Shown: positions 1-16,735, counted from the first letter of the stretch. The stretch is DNA of 64,000 bases from Amoebidium appalachense (GCA_963693365.1 CAVNZM010000005.1:2470342-2534341), one strand, 5' to 3'. The notes: generated by a model from the sequence alone, not told the origin. Numbers and translations: made by a program.

Positions 1-105
1 GGGTCGAAGGCGTGTGTGTGTATGTGTGTTGGATTGTTTGTTGCAGTTGCCGTGTATCTTTAGTCTGTTGGTTTGGTCGCGTGTTCGTGGTTGGCTGCGT
101 TCATT

Positions 106-148
<43 letters not shown>

Positions 149-257
149 AAAAAAAAAAAAAACACACACACCCATCTACCCACCCCCCCCATCCACCCCA
201 CCCATCCCCTGCCCTCCCGACATACATGGGAATGTGTGCTTACACGTGGGTGTACAG

Positions 258-3412
<3,155 letters not shown>

Positions 3413-4537
3413 GCAAAATACAACACGAAAGCAATATATTCAACCTGACACATGCATGATATTATCACCATGTAGCATTAGCACATGAATGCAGGCCAAA
3501 AAAATGAGTGGGTGCTACCACTAGATGAACACCACATCCGTATGCTTGCCATGCCAACTTTCAATGTTCCTGTGTATATAAATTGATTTACAGAAATCGC
3601 CGTTGAACTTCATGTATGTGGGACCTGGCGTTCCAGAATTTGCAGGTGAATTTTTCAAATAAAAATGAAAATCTATTTTACGTAAACAAGAAATTCGGAA
3701 CTGATGAAGCTGAAGAACATAGGGCTCCATACGACTTTTTTTCTTTTTTTCTTTTCAAGTTGGCCCAATCCCCGTTCAGTGCGCATGCGTGTGCACACCA
3801 ACCAGTCCTGATCCCTCATATCAACCGACGTATGGTTTGAAATCCCACAAGCTAAGTTTTGTCACCTTCTGCAGTGGTCTGTAAATAATGTATGACAAAT
3901 GTATTGTCAGTATCGTTGCCCCGTTGCTTACCTATAGTCTTTCTGCTTCTTGTGTTTTTCTCTTTCACTGTGACAGATGTACCTACATACGATTGAGGGT
4001 GACACTGAATGGTACACATGCATGTGTACCATTGCTTGATGGGTTTGTGCGGTCTACGCTGATTGGCTTTTTTTAGCGCGGCTCATGGGTGGGCGAACAA
4101 ATAAGTTAAAGTTTTTTTTCTAAAATATTTTGTGTCGGTGATAAATTTTATTTATGACCCTCTGGCGAATAAGAATGCACATCTGCACATAAATCACGCG
4201 CTTGTATTGCCGTTGCTTCTTGGCATTTTGGTGACGTTTCGGAGGCATTCACAAGGCTTCACTTGAAGGTGTCACCCAGCGCGCGCAGATGTTTGATGAG
4301 TTGTAGGCCGGCGTCGTGCTTAGGCTGTGTACTGTAACAGAGCTATATGCTCTTTCTGTTTACGTATAACAGACTTCTCTGGCGCATTTGTATAGAGTAA
4401 ATTCCACTCCAGAGGCGGAGTTTTCCTTTGTGCCGTGGACTAGTGGCACACACAGGGCATACGCACACACACACACACACACACACACAGCGCGCACACA
4501 CGCAGGCACACACAGCAGCACACAAGCCAACGCGAGC

Positions 4538-5020
4538 ATGTCACTTGATCCGCCACCACCGGTTGCGCCGGTGGGGGAGGCAAGCCCAGGCACCGCGAAC
4601 GAGTGGCTGAGACTAAACGTGGGGGGCACGGTGTATGCCACCACACGCACAACCCTCAGGAGTGTGCCTGGCACCTTTCTAGCATACCTGGCTTCAGAGG
4701 GCAAGCCCCTACCCTGCACAAAGGTGCGTGTGGAAGGAGGGCGGGAGGAGAGTGGGGTGCAGGGTAGGGAGGGGGGAAGGGGGGGGGCGGGGTGGGGAGA
4801 GGGGGAGGCGGGGAGAGGGGCGCACGTGTGCAATGCAGTCGCGGTTGGTCCCAAATTCAACCGTCGGATAGGATAGTGCAGAATGTTGAAGTTAGAAGAA
4901 GAAGGTGTGCCTCGAAGTGTGCATAGTTGTGTTTCAGCACGTGGCCTGTGAGTGTCCCTTGCTCAATTGTGTGCCTGTTTTATATGCTTTTCTCGGTTCA
5001 GCCTCCACCACCACCCCCCC

Positions 5021-5051
<31 letters not shown>

Positions 5052-5165
5052 AAAAAAAAAAAAAAAACACCCATGCCTGCATGCACGCAAGCAGACGCAC
5101 ACATACACACACACATACACATACACACGTACACACACAAACACGCATACACACGTACAGAACAC

Positions 5166-5203
<38 letters not shown>

Positions 5204-5849
5204 GCTCGTGTGTTTTCCCTTATGTGGTTGTTCCGTACATCAAACCATTCAGTTGAGTTTCTTTGAGCACACGTGAGTAGATGGTGATAAAGCATGTTTG
5301 TGCCTTGTTGATCACGAGGCCTCCAAAAGTGCCAAGAAGCACATGCTCGCACATATACTGGCAATCTCACATACATGCACATTTAATGCCTTTGCCTTTG
5401 TCTTAGGTTTGGAATATTTGTTGGAGTTACCTTACGAACCCACGGCCTCCATCCTTGCGTTTGGCTTCACGGCCTTGTTGTGTCGCACGTTAGATGTGTA
5501 GTTATGCCGGAGTGGAAATTCACCTCTTTAGCTTGTGACTCTTTGCTGCTACTAGTCTTTTCAACTCAATTGCCTACGTTGTGTGTTTTACGGTTGTTTC
5601 CTCACCTTTTTGTTTACATTGGCTTACACGTGTATACCCAGGCCTAAATGAACAACCCCTTCCCCCCCCCCCCCCCCCCCCCCCCACCCCCCCCACCCCA
5701 CCCCCCCCACCCCCTGAGGGGCGTGTCAACCTTTCTCTCTCTACATGCACTTGCAGGCAACCACAATTACACCGTGCATGTTTGCGAACACGTAGGCACG
5801 CACCACTCATGCACACACATGTGCAAACGCACAAACACACAAGCACGTA

Positions 5850-5938
<89 letters not shown>

Positions 5939-6118
5939 CCACACACACAACCACACACACTCGCACACTCGCACACTCGCACAGGACGATACGGGTGCCT
6001 ATCTGATAGACCGTGACCCCGTGTATTTCCGGCCAGTACTCAACTATTTGAGGCACGGCAAATTGGTCATCGATCAGGGGGTGTCCATTGATGGCGTATT
6101 GGCTGAGTATGGCCCCCC

Positions 6119-6160
<42 letters not shown>

Positions 6161-7176
6161 CGTCGAGACTGTTGGTGAGTTTGTTGTGATTTGCATTCTA
6201 CTCTAGTTTCCGGCGGCGGGGCGGGTTGCTTTTCTTTTCTTTTTCATTCCCTTCCCCCCTCCCCCAACTTCCACTGCAACATCCCCCTCCCCTCTTCCCC
6301 CCCCCCCCCCCCCTCCCCCCCCCCAGCCTCCCCAGCCTCCCCACACACACCCACACAGGCACAGGCAAACAGATGTGCGCGCCCCGCCAACACAAAAAAG
6401 ACATAAAAGAGAAAGAAAAAAAAAGGGGGGGGGGGGGGGGGATTTTTTAAAAAAAAAAAAAAAAAAACCCCGGACTGAGGGAAGAAAGAAAGAAAAGAGA
6501 AAAAGGGTCATTTGCAGGGATACAGACCAAACGCACACATTTGTAATATGCACATGCATACAATCACATGCACACCCTCACCACGCTGTGTGCCCTGGCG
6601 CAAGCAGTGTGGTCGAAACCACCACCATTTTCTCCCTTCATCTGTTTAACTTAACTACGCTTCCTGTGGCTAAAGATGAAAAAGCTAACTCACATGCACA
6701 TCTGGGAGATTTAAGGGACATGTTCTTAGTGGTGTATATGAAGTCTATGCCGGTGTATATCATCATCGTTAAACCCATCTCACCTGTTTGCGTAAAACTC
6801 ATGGATTTTTTATACTTAGTCTGCTTGTTATTTTCTTTTTTTTTTTTTTAATTCCCGCGCTATTGTTTCTCGCACTTTCTCTATCTCTCTTTCTTCCTCT
6901 CACCTTCTGCTTTCACTCACAACCTTCCACCCCCTTTTTCTCCATCACAGAGCCGAATTCTACGGATTAGACGGTTTGGTATCATTAATACGAGCAAGAA
7001 TGCGGCAAGGTCCAGAGGGGGGTGCCAGCAATGCAGGGCGAAAGAACATCTATCGTGTGTTTGCACACACAGAGGAGGAACTCACCCAGATGATGAGCTC
7101 ACTGAGTGATGGGTGGAGGTTTGAGCAGCTGGTGACCGTGCCTATGACGAATGGATATGGGTTCAGGTGTGTGTGT

Positions 7177-7245
<69 letters not shown>

Positions 7246-7411
7246 GAGTGGGTGGGGGGGGGGGGGGGGGGGGGGGGGAGTGGGTGGGCAGGTGGGTGGG
7301 TGGGTGGGTGGGTGCCCGGGGAGTGTGGATGGGAGTGTGGGTAGGTGGGTGGGTGGGTGGGTGTGTGTGTGCGTGTGTGTGTGTACGTGTGTGTGTGCGC
7401 GCGCGTGTGCA

Positions 7412-7487
<76 letters not shown>

Positions 7488-7924
7488 CGTCAGCTAGGAG
7501 GTGTCGGAGAAATAGGCTCGTGGACGGGCGGGTGGGGGGAGGGGGGGGGGGGGGGGGGGGATGGCGAGAGAGAGAGAGAGAGAGAAGATGAAGACAACAG
7601 TAGGCAAGTGGGGTTAGTGTGTGGAGGGACCGGAGAAGAGGGGACCGGCATTGGGAGAGTCCACCGCTGTATGTGTGATGCATTTGAGGAGGTGTCAGCT
7701 TTTTGTATGAAAGCACACACTTGTTGTTTTGTCATTGATGATGCATGTGTCTTTTTTGGCGTACCAATCTAAGTGTGAACGCAATGTGTGGATACGATTT
7801 TGACTCCTGGTGTTTTCATTTTGGCACTGCTTTTGCGGGTGTTTATGATCTATCGCACCCTCTTCCACTAACACAAACATTTGCGTGCGCGCCCGCCCGC
7901 CCACACACACGCACACACACACAC

Positions 7925-7962
<38 letters not shown>

Positions 7963-8086
7963 AACACACAGTACCAGGCAGAATGGTCACAACAGCGAGT
8001 TTATGGTCGTCATTTCGAAGGAAATTGCAGACACGCGGCCCGAGCCCTCAGCAGAATACAAAAAATCCTTTTACATCAATGATTAA
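4538..8086 (+). CDS. KCTD5: BTB/POZ (T1-type) domain protein of the KCTD2/5/17 family, a Cul3 adaptor; 4 exons
   Basis: Exons 4538-4723, 5985-6106, 6951-7166, 7972-8086 have consistent phases. Motifs [54 protein letters not shown], and the KCTD5 C-terminal motif [28 protein letters not shown]...EFMVVISKE. Confidence 0.93.
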
Positions 8087-8338
8087 GGACGTTTTACATA
8101 GAAAATTTACTAGAAGGGTTAAAATTGTGCGTGTGAGACTCAAATTTTCAAGGAAGGTGTGTGTATCGTAGGGTTGAATTGTGGAGGTTTGCACGAAGGT
8201 GACCTACTGAGTTTTGTACTGATATTTTTCGATTGTGGTTGCGAGTTTTTTGATCTTGACCTTTTGGCTTGTTGTGGGGGTGGGGGTGGTGGTGCTTTTC
8301 TTTTTTTACTTTTTCTTTCTTTCTTTTTTTTTTTTTCT

Positions 8339-8401
<63 letters not shown>

Positions 8402-8799
8402 TTGGTGTTCAAGAGAGAGAGATATAGGGGGGGGGGGGGGTGCTTCGAAGACTAACTTTAGGCATTTTACTTTCTCGTTTTTCTGTTATCATTTGCACTG
8501 GTACCACTATGCAGCCTTTTATGTTTGTGTTGTTCGGTTTGGCTTAAATCTAGGGACGAATGAGACTGTGTCCTCAACATTAAAATAATATTTTTTTAAT
8601 AAATGCTCGGTGACACTGCACAACTGCACTGGCAGTATGGTGCATGTATTTGTCACACGCGTTGTGCACGATCGTGAGCACACGTGTGTGTACACGTGTG
8701 CCTGTATACAACATGTGTATGTGTCATGGTGTGTACATGTCTGTCCGGTACGTATCATAAAGTTATGCACGTGTGTGCACGTAGACGCCCTGGAGATAC

Positions 8800-8840
<41 letters not shown>

Positions 8841-10053
8841 TCTTCGGTGTGGCCCATGTGTGTGTGTGTGTGTTGGGAGGGGGGGGGGGGGAGGGGGGGG
8901 GAGGGGGGGGGGGGGGGGGGGGGAAGGGAGGGAGGGAGGGAAACAAAAATTCCAGCATGTTTTGAGCTTCCTGCGAAGTCAAGTTTACACGGAAGACTTA
9001 GTCACTTAGCTATAGATACAATATAACTGATAAGAAGCATTATCTATTAACTAGCTATAGCGGCCGCGGGCCACTCTATATTGCTATATGCAGACGTCAA
9101 GTCACGTGTGCACTTGGTGTCTACATGGACGTGTGCACCCACGTATACGTATGCACTCGACAGTTTCGAATTCGTCGAGATGTGATCATCGCCACAGGAT
9201 GTGCGTTAACGTTTACATATTAGATAACATCAATGTTCCGGCCATCTCATCTACCAAGTTGCTAGCTATGCTCTGCAGCAGGTGTAAGCTATGAGTTATA
9301 ATCATAAATCGAACTTCACCGATCGCTCAGAGCTTTACATGTGCATCTCGTAAATCTCTATTTCACAACTTCCGAACGTTATGTTCACACATCCTTAGTG
9401 CTATGTGAACATGTACTTCCCATGTCCCTATGCAGTTTCTTCACTTATAGGAGGCATTGGCTTCTTCACATCTACACTCGAGAGAAAGTGGCCACGCTAT
9501 ATTTATGACCAATAAAGTTTTAGTGCCTTAGTATTGATGTGGGGGGACTTGTGAACAACATGCATATACCTGCACAGGTATATAGGATTTTGTGAGGCTT
9601 GGGGTTTTAATTAAACCCGGGATTCAGCCCCAAAGTTTTCATTTCACTAAAAACAGCCAATGCCTTTCTCGCTAACGGTCCAGCCGCCAGCAACCAGCAG
9701 AAATATTTCTTTACCAACACCTACATTCAAATAAAAAGCAACAAAAACCAAGCTTATAAGAACTGCAGCGACATGGGGAATAATCACCCCTTAGCCCAAG
9801 ACAAGGTATGTGATGCATGGGGTAAGAGGGAACATAAGCCCAGACTTGACCTTTCAATAACCTGAGACAAAAATGCGCTTGAGCCACTTCTTGGGTAGAC
9901 ATCTACAAGTGATTCATAGATGTGTCTAGACCATAGCAAGTCGCTTACTTCTTCATACAACACGACCTTCGGGCTATGCTACATTCACACACTCAGCTCC
10001 TTGCGTTAACATAACCAAAAAAAAAAAAAAAAAAAAAAAAATTCGAAACGATC

Positions 10054-11294
10054 CTACCTATTCTTCAGCTCTTTCAGCCGTGCAACTAGTTGTTGGTTCT
10101 CACACGTCAAATTCTCCTTCTGCGTATTTAGATTCCCGTTCACCTGCTTTAAGTACTGTATGTGCTCTATTGTATCAGTGATAACCTCGCGCTTGCATAA
10201 TTTCGTGGGAACATTTTTACTTTGTGCCAGCACCGTGGCCAATATGTCAAACGTGTCGTTTAAATCCTTCCGGCGCTTTCTCTCGAGTACGTTGTGCACA
10301 TATTTGTTGCGTTCCCTTGTGTCGGGTGTGACCTCTGCCGGCTCTCCAAACACCACCTGCAAAAAAGGAAGTTATCAGAACACTGCAAGCACACATTTGA
10401 CATCTGCACGAGGTACAAATAGCGCATGAGAGACCGGATGAAAGCACTGGGTGTACTTCGTGTTCAAGAACTAATGCACAACGTTGCAGGCACAAGTGCA
10501 AAGGCACTAACACTTTTTGGTTGCACTATTATAACCACACTCAAGTTGGGTCATATACCATTGTGTGTGTGTGTGCAAATAAAATGAACAAGGACTCAAC
10601 GCACCTGTCTGCGCAGGCCAGGGGCATACGGGCTGAACCGTGGCTGTGCGCCCAGTGGCTGCGGCATAGGCACTGCAAAAGGTGGGCCCATTGACATTCC
10701 CATAGAACCAATTTTCATGGCTGGAGGTGGGACCCCGTAAAGGCCCATTCCTTGTGGGGGAAAAGCCAGTGGGGGAGGGACGGGAGCAAACAGCATATGT
10801 TGCTCTGGCAGCGGTTGCACTGGTGGAGGCGGTTTTACATCTAGCGACGGCTGTGATGCAGGTGTGGGTGCAAAAGAAGAGGGTGGTTGCAATTGTTCGT
10901 TTAGACCCCCAAGCAGTAAATTTTGAAAGAGCACGTTTGCGCTGAGTTTCTGTAAAAGGTTTGCCTGATTGTTTGCAGAAAAGTTGCTGTCCAGCGCCGG
11001 TGCTCCGAGTGAAAACTGGGGTGGTAAGTTAAGCGGGCCAGGGTCTAAGCTGCGCATGACAGGGGAGTCAAAGGGAGTACTTGGCTCACTGTTGTATGGT
11101 GTTACAAACGGCGTGTTATCGAGGCTGTAGTCCCCCAGTGCACTCTCATCAAGCAGTGGTAACAGCAAGTCGTCCAAATTCACCTCCCCAAAAGACCCAC
11201 ACAGGCCCAGGTCCATGGTGTGCTGGTCGGGGTTGGGCCCTGAGGCCAGGTTTGCAAGTAGTGCCATGGTGGCGCCCCCAGGGGCTGGCTGCAT
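10054..11294 (-). CDS. MYC: Myc-like bHLH-leucine zipper transcription factor; 2 exons
   Basis: Exons 11294-10605 and 10356-10054 with a phase-0 GT-AG intron. The extreme C-terminal bHLH-ZIP reads HNVLERKRRKDLNDTF...KREVITDTIEHIQYL...LVARLKELKNR* (Myc: HNVLERQRRNEL...LKHKLEQLRN), after a Pro/Ser/Gln-rich N-terminus. Myc versus other Max-network members is not proven. Confidence 0.8.
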
Positions 11295-12620
11295 ACTTTG
11301 TCGGTGCTGACCGTGTCAGAATTGACTGTGAATACCGTAAGGTTTGTGTGCGTGTGTACAAGTCACACGGGCTATATCCAGATTGGCCTTTTAGGAATAA
11401 AGTCACCTTCAGTACTGAGCGTCCTATCTTGGGCGAAGTGTAACGTTATATGGTGGTACTTATTGCTTTTCTCGGTATATATAATTATTCCGTTTGCGCT
11501 AAAAAGTAGAAACTGACGTGCTAAAAAGTAGAAACTGACGTTAGAAATATGTATTTGTTTGTTGGCGAGTCAGCGGATCTGGCCTTGATCTGCTGGGCAC
11601 AGCCGCACAGGCTGAACAATGACATTGGCGCCAGGAATGCGGATTCCTGAATGCATGATCGTAAACCAATCATTGCACTATGTAGAGCAAAGTTTCAAAC
11701 ACGGTTAACTTGTGCACCCAGGGGACAGCGGCCAATGCCTACTTTCTCCGACCTTCTTTTGCCACTATATTGCTTAGGGCTTCATAAAGAGACCGTATTT
11801 CGTGCTAATTTATCTCTTCAAATGATTTTTTGGGTTATTTTCCCTATACTGATTGTTCTATTACAGCAGGCCAGCGCATGATTACATGGATCGTCATTAC
11901 AAATTCGTTTAAATTATCGATAGACCAATAGCGTGGCTCCATAAATACGAACGGTTTTGCCCCAGTGAGACAAGGCCGCCTGACCAGTGACAGCATATGG
12001 TAGCAGACCCTATATGTGGGTAAAATAATTAAGCCATATTTTCTTCATTCCATGTATACGCCAATGCCGTTTCTGAATTTACCTTTCTGCTTGGGCATGA
12101 GCAAGTATACACACTCACAGTCTCAAACAACCGCCCGCATTAGCCTGCTGTGCAGCCGCGGCGGCTGCAGCGCGCGGCGTGAGCTGTGACTCAGCTGTCC
12201 CCACTGACTCCCCAGACCAGGAGGTTGGCAAATTAGTGCAGACATATGATATGGAAACTATGGTCGCACACGACATGAGTTGCATTTACTACCAATAACT
12301 GCAGCAAAATATTTAGTGGTAAGAAAAATTAGAAAATATTATGATGCATTATCAAAATGATGGTCGAATATTTAGTGGAACTCTCGAGCTCAGCTCGTGA
12401 AGAACATCACATTAGAGCATGATGACGCAAAAAGCTACTTGCCAGTGACCACACGCCCCCACCTTTCCCAGAGATGGACGAAACGCCTGTCGATTGGTTG
12501 ATAGATCAAGCACATGGAGCTTTGAATTTTTTCTGATTGGTCCTGAGGTATTCTTGGAGTATCCTCCAAGACTTTAACTTTCGGCACCTTGTGGGGCGTG
12601 CTACTGCTACTGATCATGAC

Positions 12621-13045
12621 TTTTTTCTTTTTTTCTTTTGACTGGATTTATTCGACGGAAAGATATGCAAGTATGCACGGCATACTGAAAAAAAAGAAAA
12701 GAAAAAAAAAGGCATACTGAGAAGACAATAAAAACTTCACGAGTTATCCAGTAACAAGTGCATACTGAGATACCTGAACACTGTGTGAAAATCATATAAA
12801 TACTCAATGTGACGACCAACAGAATTCAACAAAAAGTCTAAAGTGTTCACATTGCCAGCTAGTGTAGCAGACACCCGTAGGGAAAGAGGTAAAACGCGAC
12901 ATAAAAACTCACACCTATCAACATGCTTGCGATTAAAAAGCTCTGCACAAAAGTGGCAACAGCGGCGATGAAAACAAGAATTACAGCGCCCCTGCACAAC
13001 TTCTCAGGCAATATCAACATCAGAGCACCATACAGACTTATCTAC
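12621..13045 (-). mobile_element. Non-LTR retrotransposon (LINE) 3' fragment with CCHC zinc knuckle and A-rich tail
   Basis: Reverse complement is near-identical to 42664-43058. Encodes RCNSCFHRRCCHFCAELFNRKHVDRC...LDFLLN (CX2CX7HX3C) and ends AATAAATCCAGTC plus an A-rich tail. Confidence 0.78.
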
Positions 13046-14282
13046 ACAACTTCGTTAATCGTGTGACACATTACTTTTTTATTTTCAACTGAAATTATTC
13101 AACCGACAGAGGCTCAAGTTGCACGGCAGTGGCATACCCACAAGATAAATATTTATGAAAAATATCTACGAGTGAACCAGAAGCAAGTGTATACTAAGGG
13201 CGTCCATGTCCATGACGTCATCGACCCGGACTAGCTACTTGTACAGGGCGCCTTGGGACCTTGCTTCCAAGCATGGGTTCTGATTGAATTCTATCCCTTT
13301 CACATCATTTTTGGAAAGAGTCATATTTGGGACGGTGAGTTCATTGTCTGAAGGGTGCAGAGACATTTGAACTTTTTGGAGATGACATAACAAATTAATC
13401 TAAAATGCCCCACCTCAAACCAAGGGTTTGGGGGGGCTTTCTTGGAAAGAAATAGCGTTCTCTCCATACTGTTTAACTCTCTAGGGGTTTTTATTTCTGG
13501 GGAAAGCAACAAAATGTTTTTTGAGAAAACGATCTCAGAATAGGAGCGTCTGAAACTAGAGCTACACACTTGAAGCATACGCTTAATATATAAAACTATC
13601 TAGTAAATATTTTTGTTATTCATCAGAGGACTTAAATTGTAATTTTAATGATTATATCTACTGTTATATTATTCCCGGGATTCCGTTTTTTGGTGTCATG
13701 GGGTTTTCTAAGAGCACCCAAATAACACGTTCCATTATTTCTCAGTGCAGAGCTACAGAGTCACAGACTGACACAGCGCTAATATTAGCGAGCACTTCTG
13801 TTTTCACTCCCATCAGAAACGTAGGGCTACCTTTCGTACAACAAGTTGTGTTGATTGTATGCCAATAAAAAGCCACCATGCAGCATTGTGTGGTGATTGG
13901 CCTCCGACCGTGACACCTGACTGAGATCTGCGATAGCTTTCTTCAGAAGTCCTCTCTCCGTGACGACTCGCTGATTTCTAAGTTTTCTATACACCTTCAG
14001 AGCGTCAGCTGTCATTATTTTCGTGCACGCAACCTCCCCAGCACAGTGACAACAACACAACCATGCACGTCTTCCTTCATTACGCACACGCACACGCACG
14101 TATACAGACGAGAGGAAGACAGAACGAAAAGAGTTGGGAGACGCTGTAACACCTTCTGTGCTCACGGCCACCAACCTGTGTGGCAAATATAGTATATAGA
14201 TACATCACACCGACACGCGCACGCGCACGCAAACACCAACACACGCACACGTACGTACACAGTCTCCCCACCCTCCGACAGC

Positions 14283-14352
<70 letters not shown>

Positions 14353-15165
14353 CTATCTCGACTTACGCCCCCGCAACCATGTAGCACAACACACACGCGA
14401 GTGACACACACGCATATGCACATACACGCCACACTCACACGCACACTTACCAACCCCGGATGGCCCCCCACTGACCCGCCTGCACACACACCCAGTTACT
14501 CGCATCATATGCTTTTCACACACAGACACTTCCGTAGACAACGTTTTGTCAGATTACCGTTGTTCTAAACTGGATAAGTCGTTCATGCTTTGGAGATAAA
14601 GAAGGGAATTGGTACCTTTTCTGCCAGGGTAACCAAACCTTTAACTAGGAGCGTTGAATGTGGTGACACACACACACGTGTGACACACGCACGGGCGTGC
14701 TCGCTCTACACCGCACCTGCACTGATCCACCTGCACACACTGTGCCTGCACATCCTCGCATGCATATGCACATACAAAACACACGTGTGTGCGCACACAC
14801 ACAGCCACACAACGGTAGCATACAATACGCACATAGACACATACACACACACCACATCACACTTTCTCATACCTCATCCTACATAAAAGTCAGGCCCATG
14901 CCATCAAATATCCCTTACACATATCCCTTACACTAACGCGCACAAACATTCATTCAGTCTTTACGAACGTCAATCAAGTTTGTAGCTGGTGGCTAAGTGT
15001 GGGGTGACCTGCCCATTTCAAACAATGGTACAACTGTTAGCAAGCACCTGCCGTGTGGATAAGTGCGTAGTGTAATAGTACGTGTAGGCATGGCTACAAA
15101 GCAAAAAGGCAAGCCGTGACATGTAAAAAGTACGGTACTGTTTTTTTTTTTGTTTGTTTGTTTTT

Positions 15166-15197
<32 letters not shown>

Positions 15198-15739
15198 TAA
15201 TGTGGGCTGGGGCTTCATAGGGTTCTGGGCAAGGCCTCCTATAAGTATATGTTTACTTATAGGAGACCTTGATTCTGGGCCAGGTCAGCCTCGCAGTGGG
15301 TTTATGGGATGTGATGGGTGTCTGCCTGACCCGAAAGAGTAAATAAATATTGCCTAAAAGACACCCCAAGTGGCGAAAACCATGTTTTGAAAAGAAAAAT
15401 AGAGGTCAAGGTGATCCGCCCATACTTGGCAAATGGACAGGGCTCGGTCACAGTGATGTGAGCCTTCGCATACACCTCGGCACTGCTACCCCCACCCCAC
15501 CCCCGGTTATTTTATTTTATTATTTTATTTTATATTTTATTTTATTTGGGGGGGGGGGGGGGGTGGATAATTTCAACTTCGGGTATCCCATCCTCTAGCT
15601 CCCGGTGCTGTAACTACGGTGGTAAAAAAATATCAACAGGATTTTTCCCCCTCTTTTTCTACTTTTCTTTTTCTTTTCTTTTCTTTCTTTCTTATTTTTT
15701 TTTCCTTTCTTTTCTTTTCTTTTATTTTTCTTTTTTTTT

Positions 15740-15787
<48 letters not shown>

Positions 15788-16685
15788 TGGATTAGTGTTG
15801 CACAGTATGAAGCATATGCTAATGAAAATAAATTAAAAAAGATCCCCACTAAAAAACTTTAATGCCGCCGCCACCACACACACACACACACACACCACCT
15901 GGCCACCCCACACACACACACACGTACGTACACACAAACACCCACATGTACACGTCGTACGTACACACTCACACACACCAACACACACATGTAAACATTT
16001 ACACACACAAAAACACACACCACCACCAAACACACAAACACGATGAATACGCTAGGGCATCGCCGACCCGCCACACGCGCTCACCACATGAAAACCACCA
16101 CCACTGCTGCAACCGGTACCATGATCTTTGCCGATCACAAAAGACATCATCAATTCCGCCTCAACTACCAACACTGTAACTTAGCACATCACGTGCACAG
16201 AGTGCCCACAAAAAGACTATAGCTAGTCCTCCCGGTGTAGACACACGCATACACTGTCGCCTACGTGGTTGCACACATGCGCATTTCGTGCACACTGTAC
16301 GTACACGCACGGAAAGCCGCGCATTTATAATGAATGGTGCCACCACACACACACACATACACACACATGCATACATACATACATACACGCGCGCGCATAC
16401 ACACACACACACCGTGACACACACACACCACACACACACACACACTCTCTCACTCACTCACTCACACTTGCCTCTCACTTGCACATTTACCCCTTCCCCC
16501 TCCCCCTCTCCCACCCATCCGTCCTCCCCGCCCGTTCTTGGCATCCCTTTTGGAACCCACCCTACCACATTATTCTCGGATTGTCTAGAACTATCACACA
16601 CAAAAAAACTGTATGTGTGTGTGTGTGTGTGAGGTTGGGTGTGTGTGTGTGTGTGTATGTGTGTGTTTTGGGGAAGGGGGGAAAA

Positions 16686-16735
<50 letters not shown>

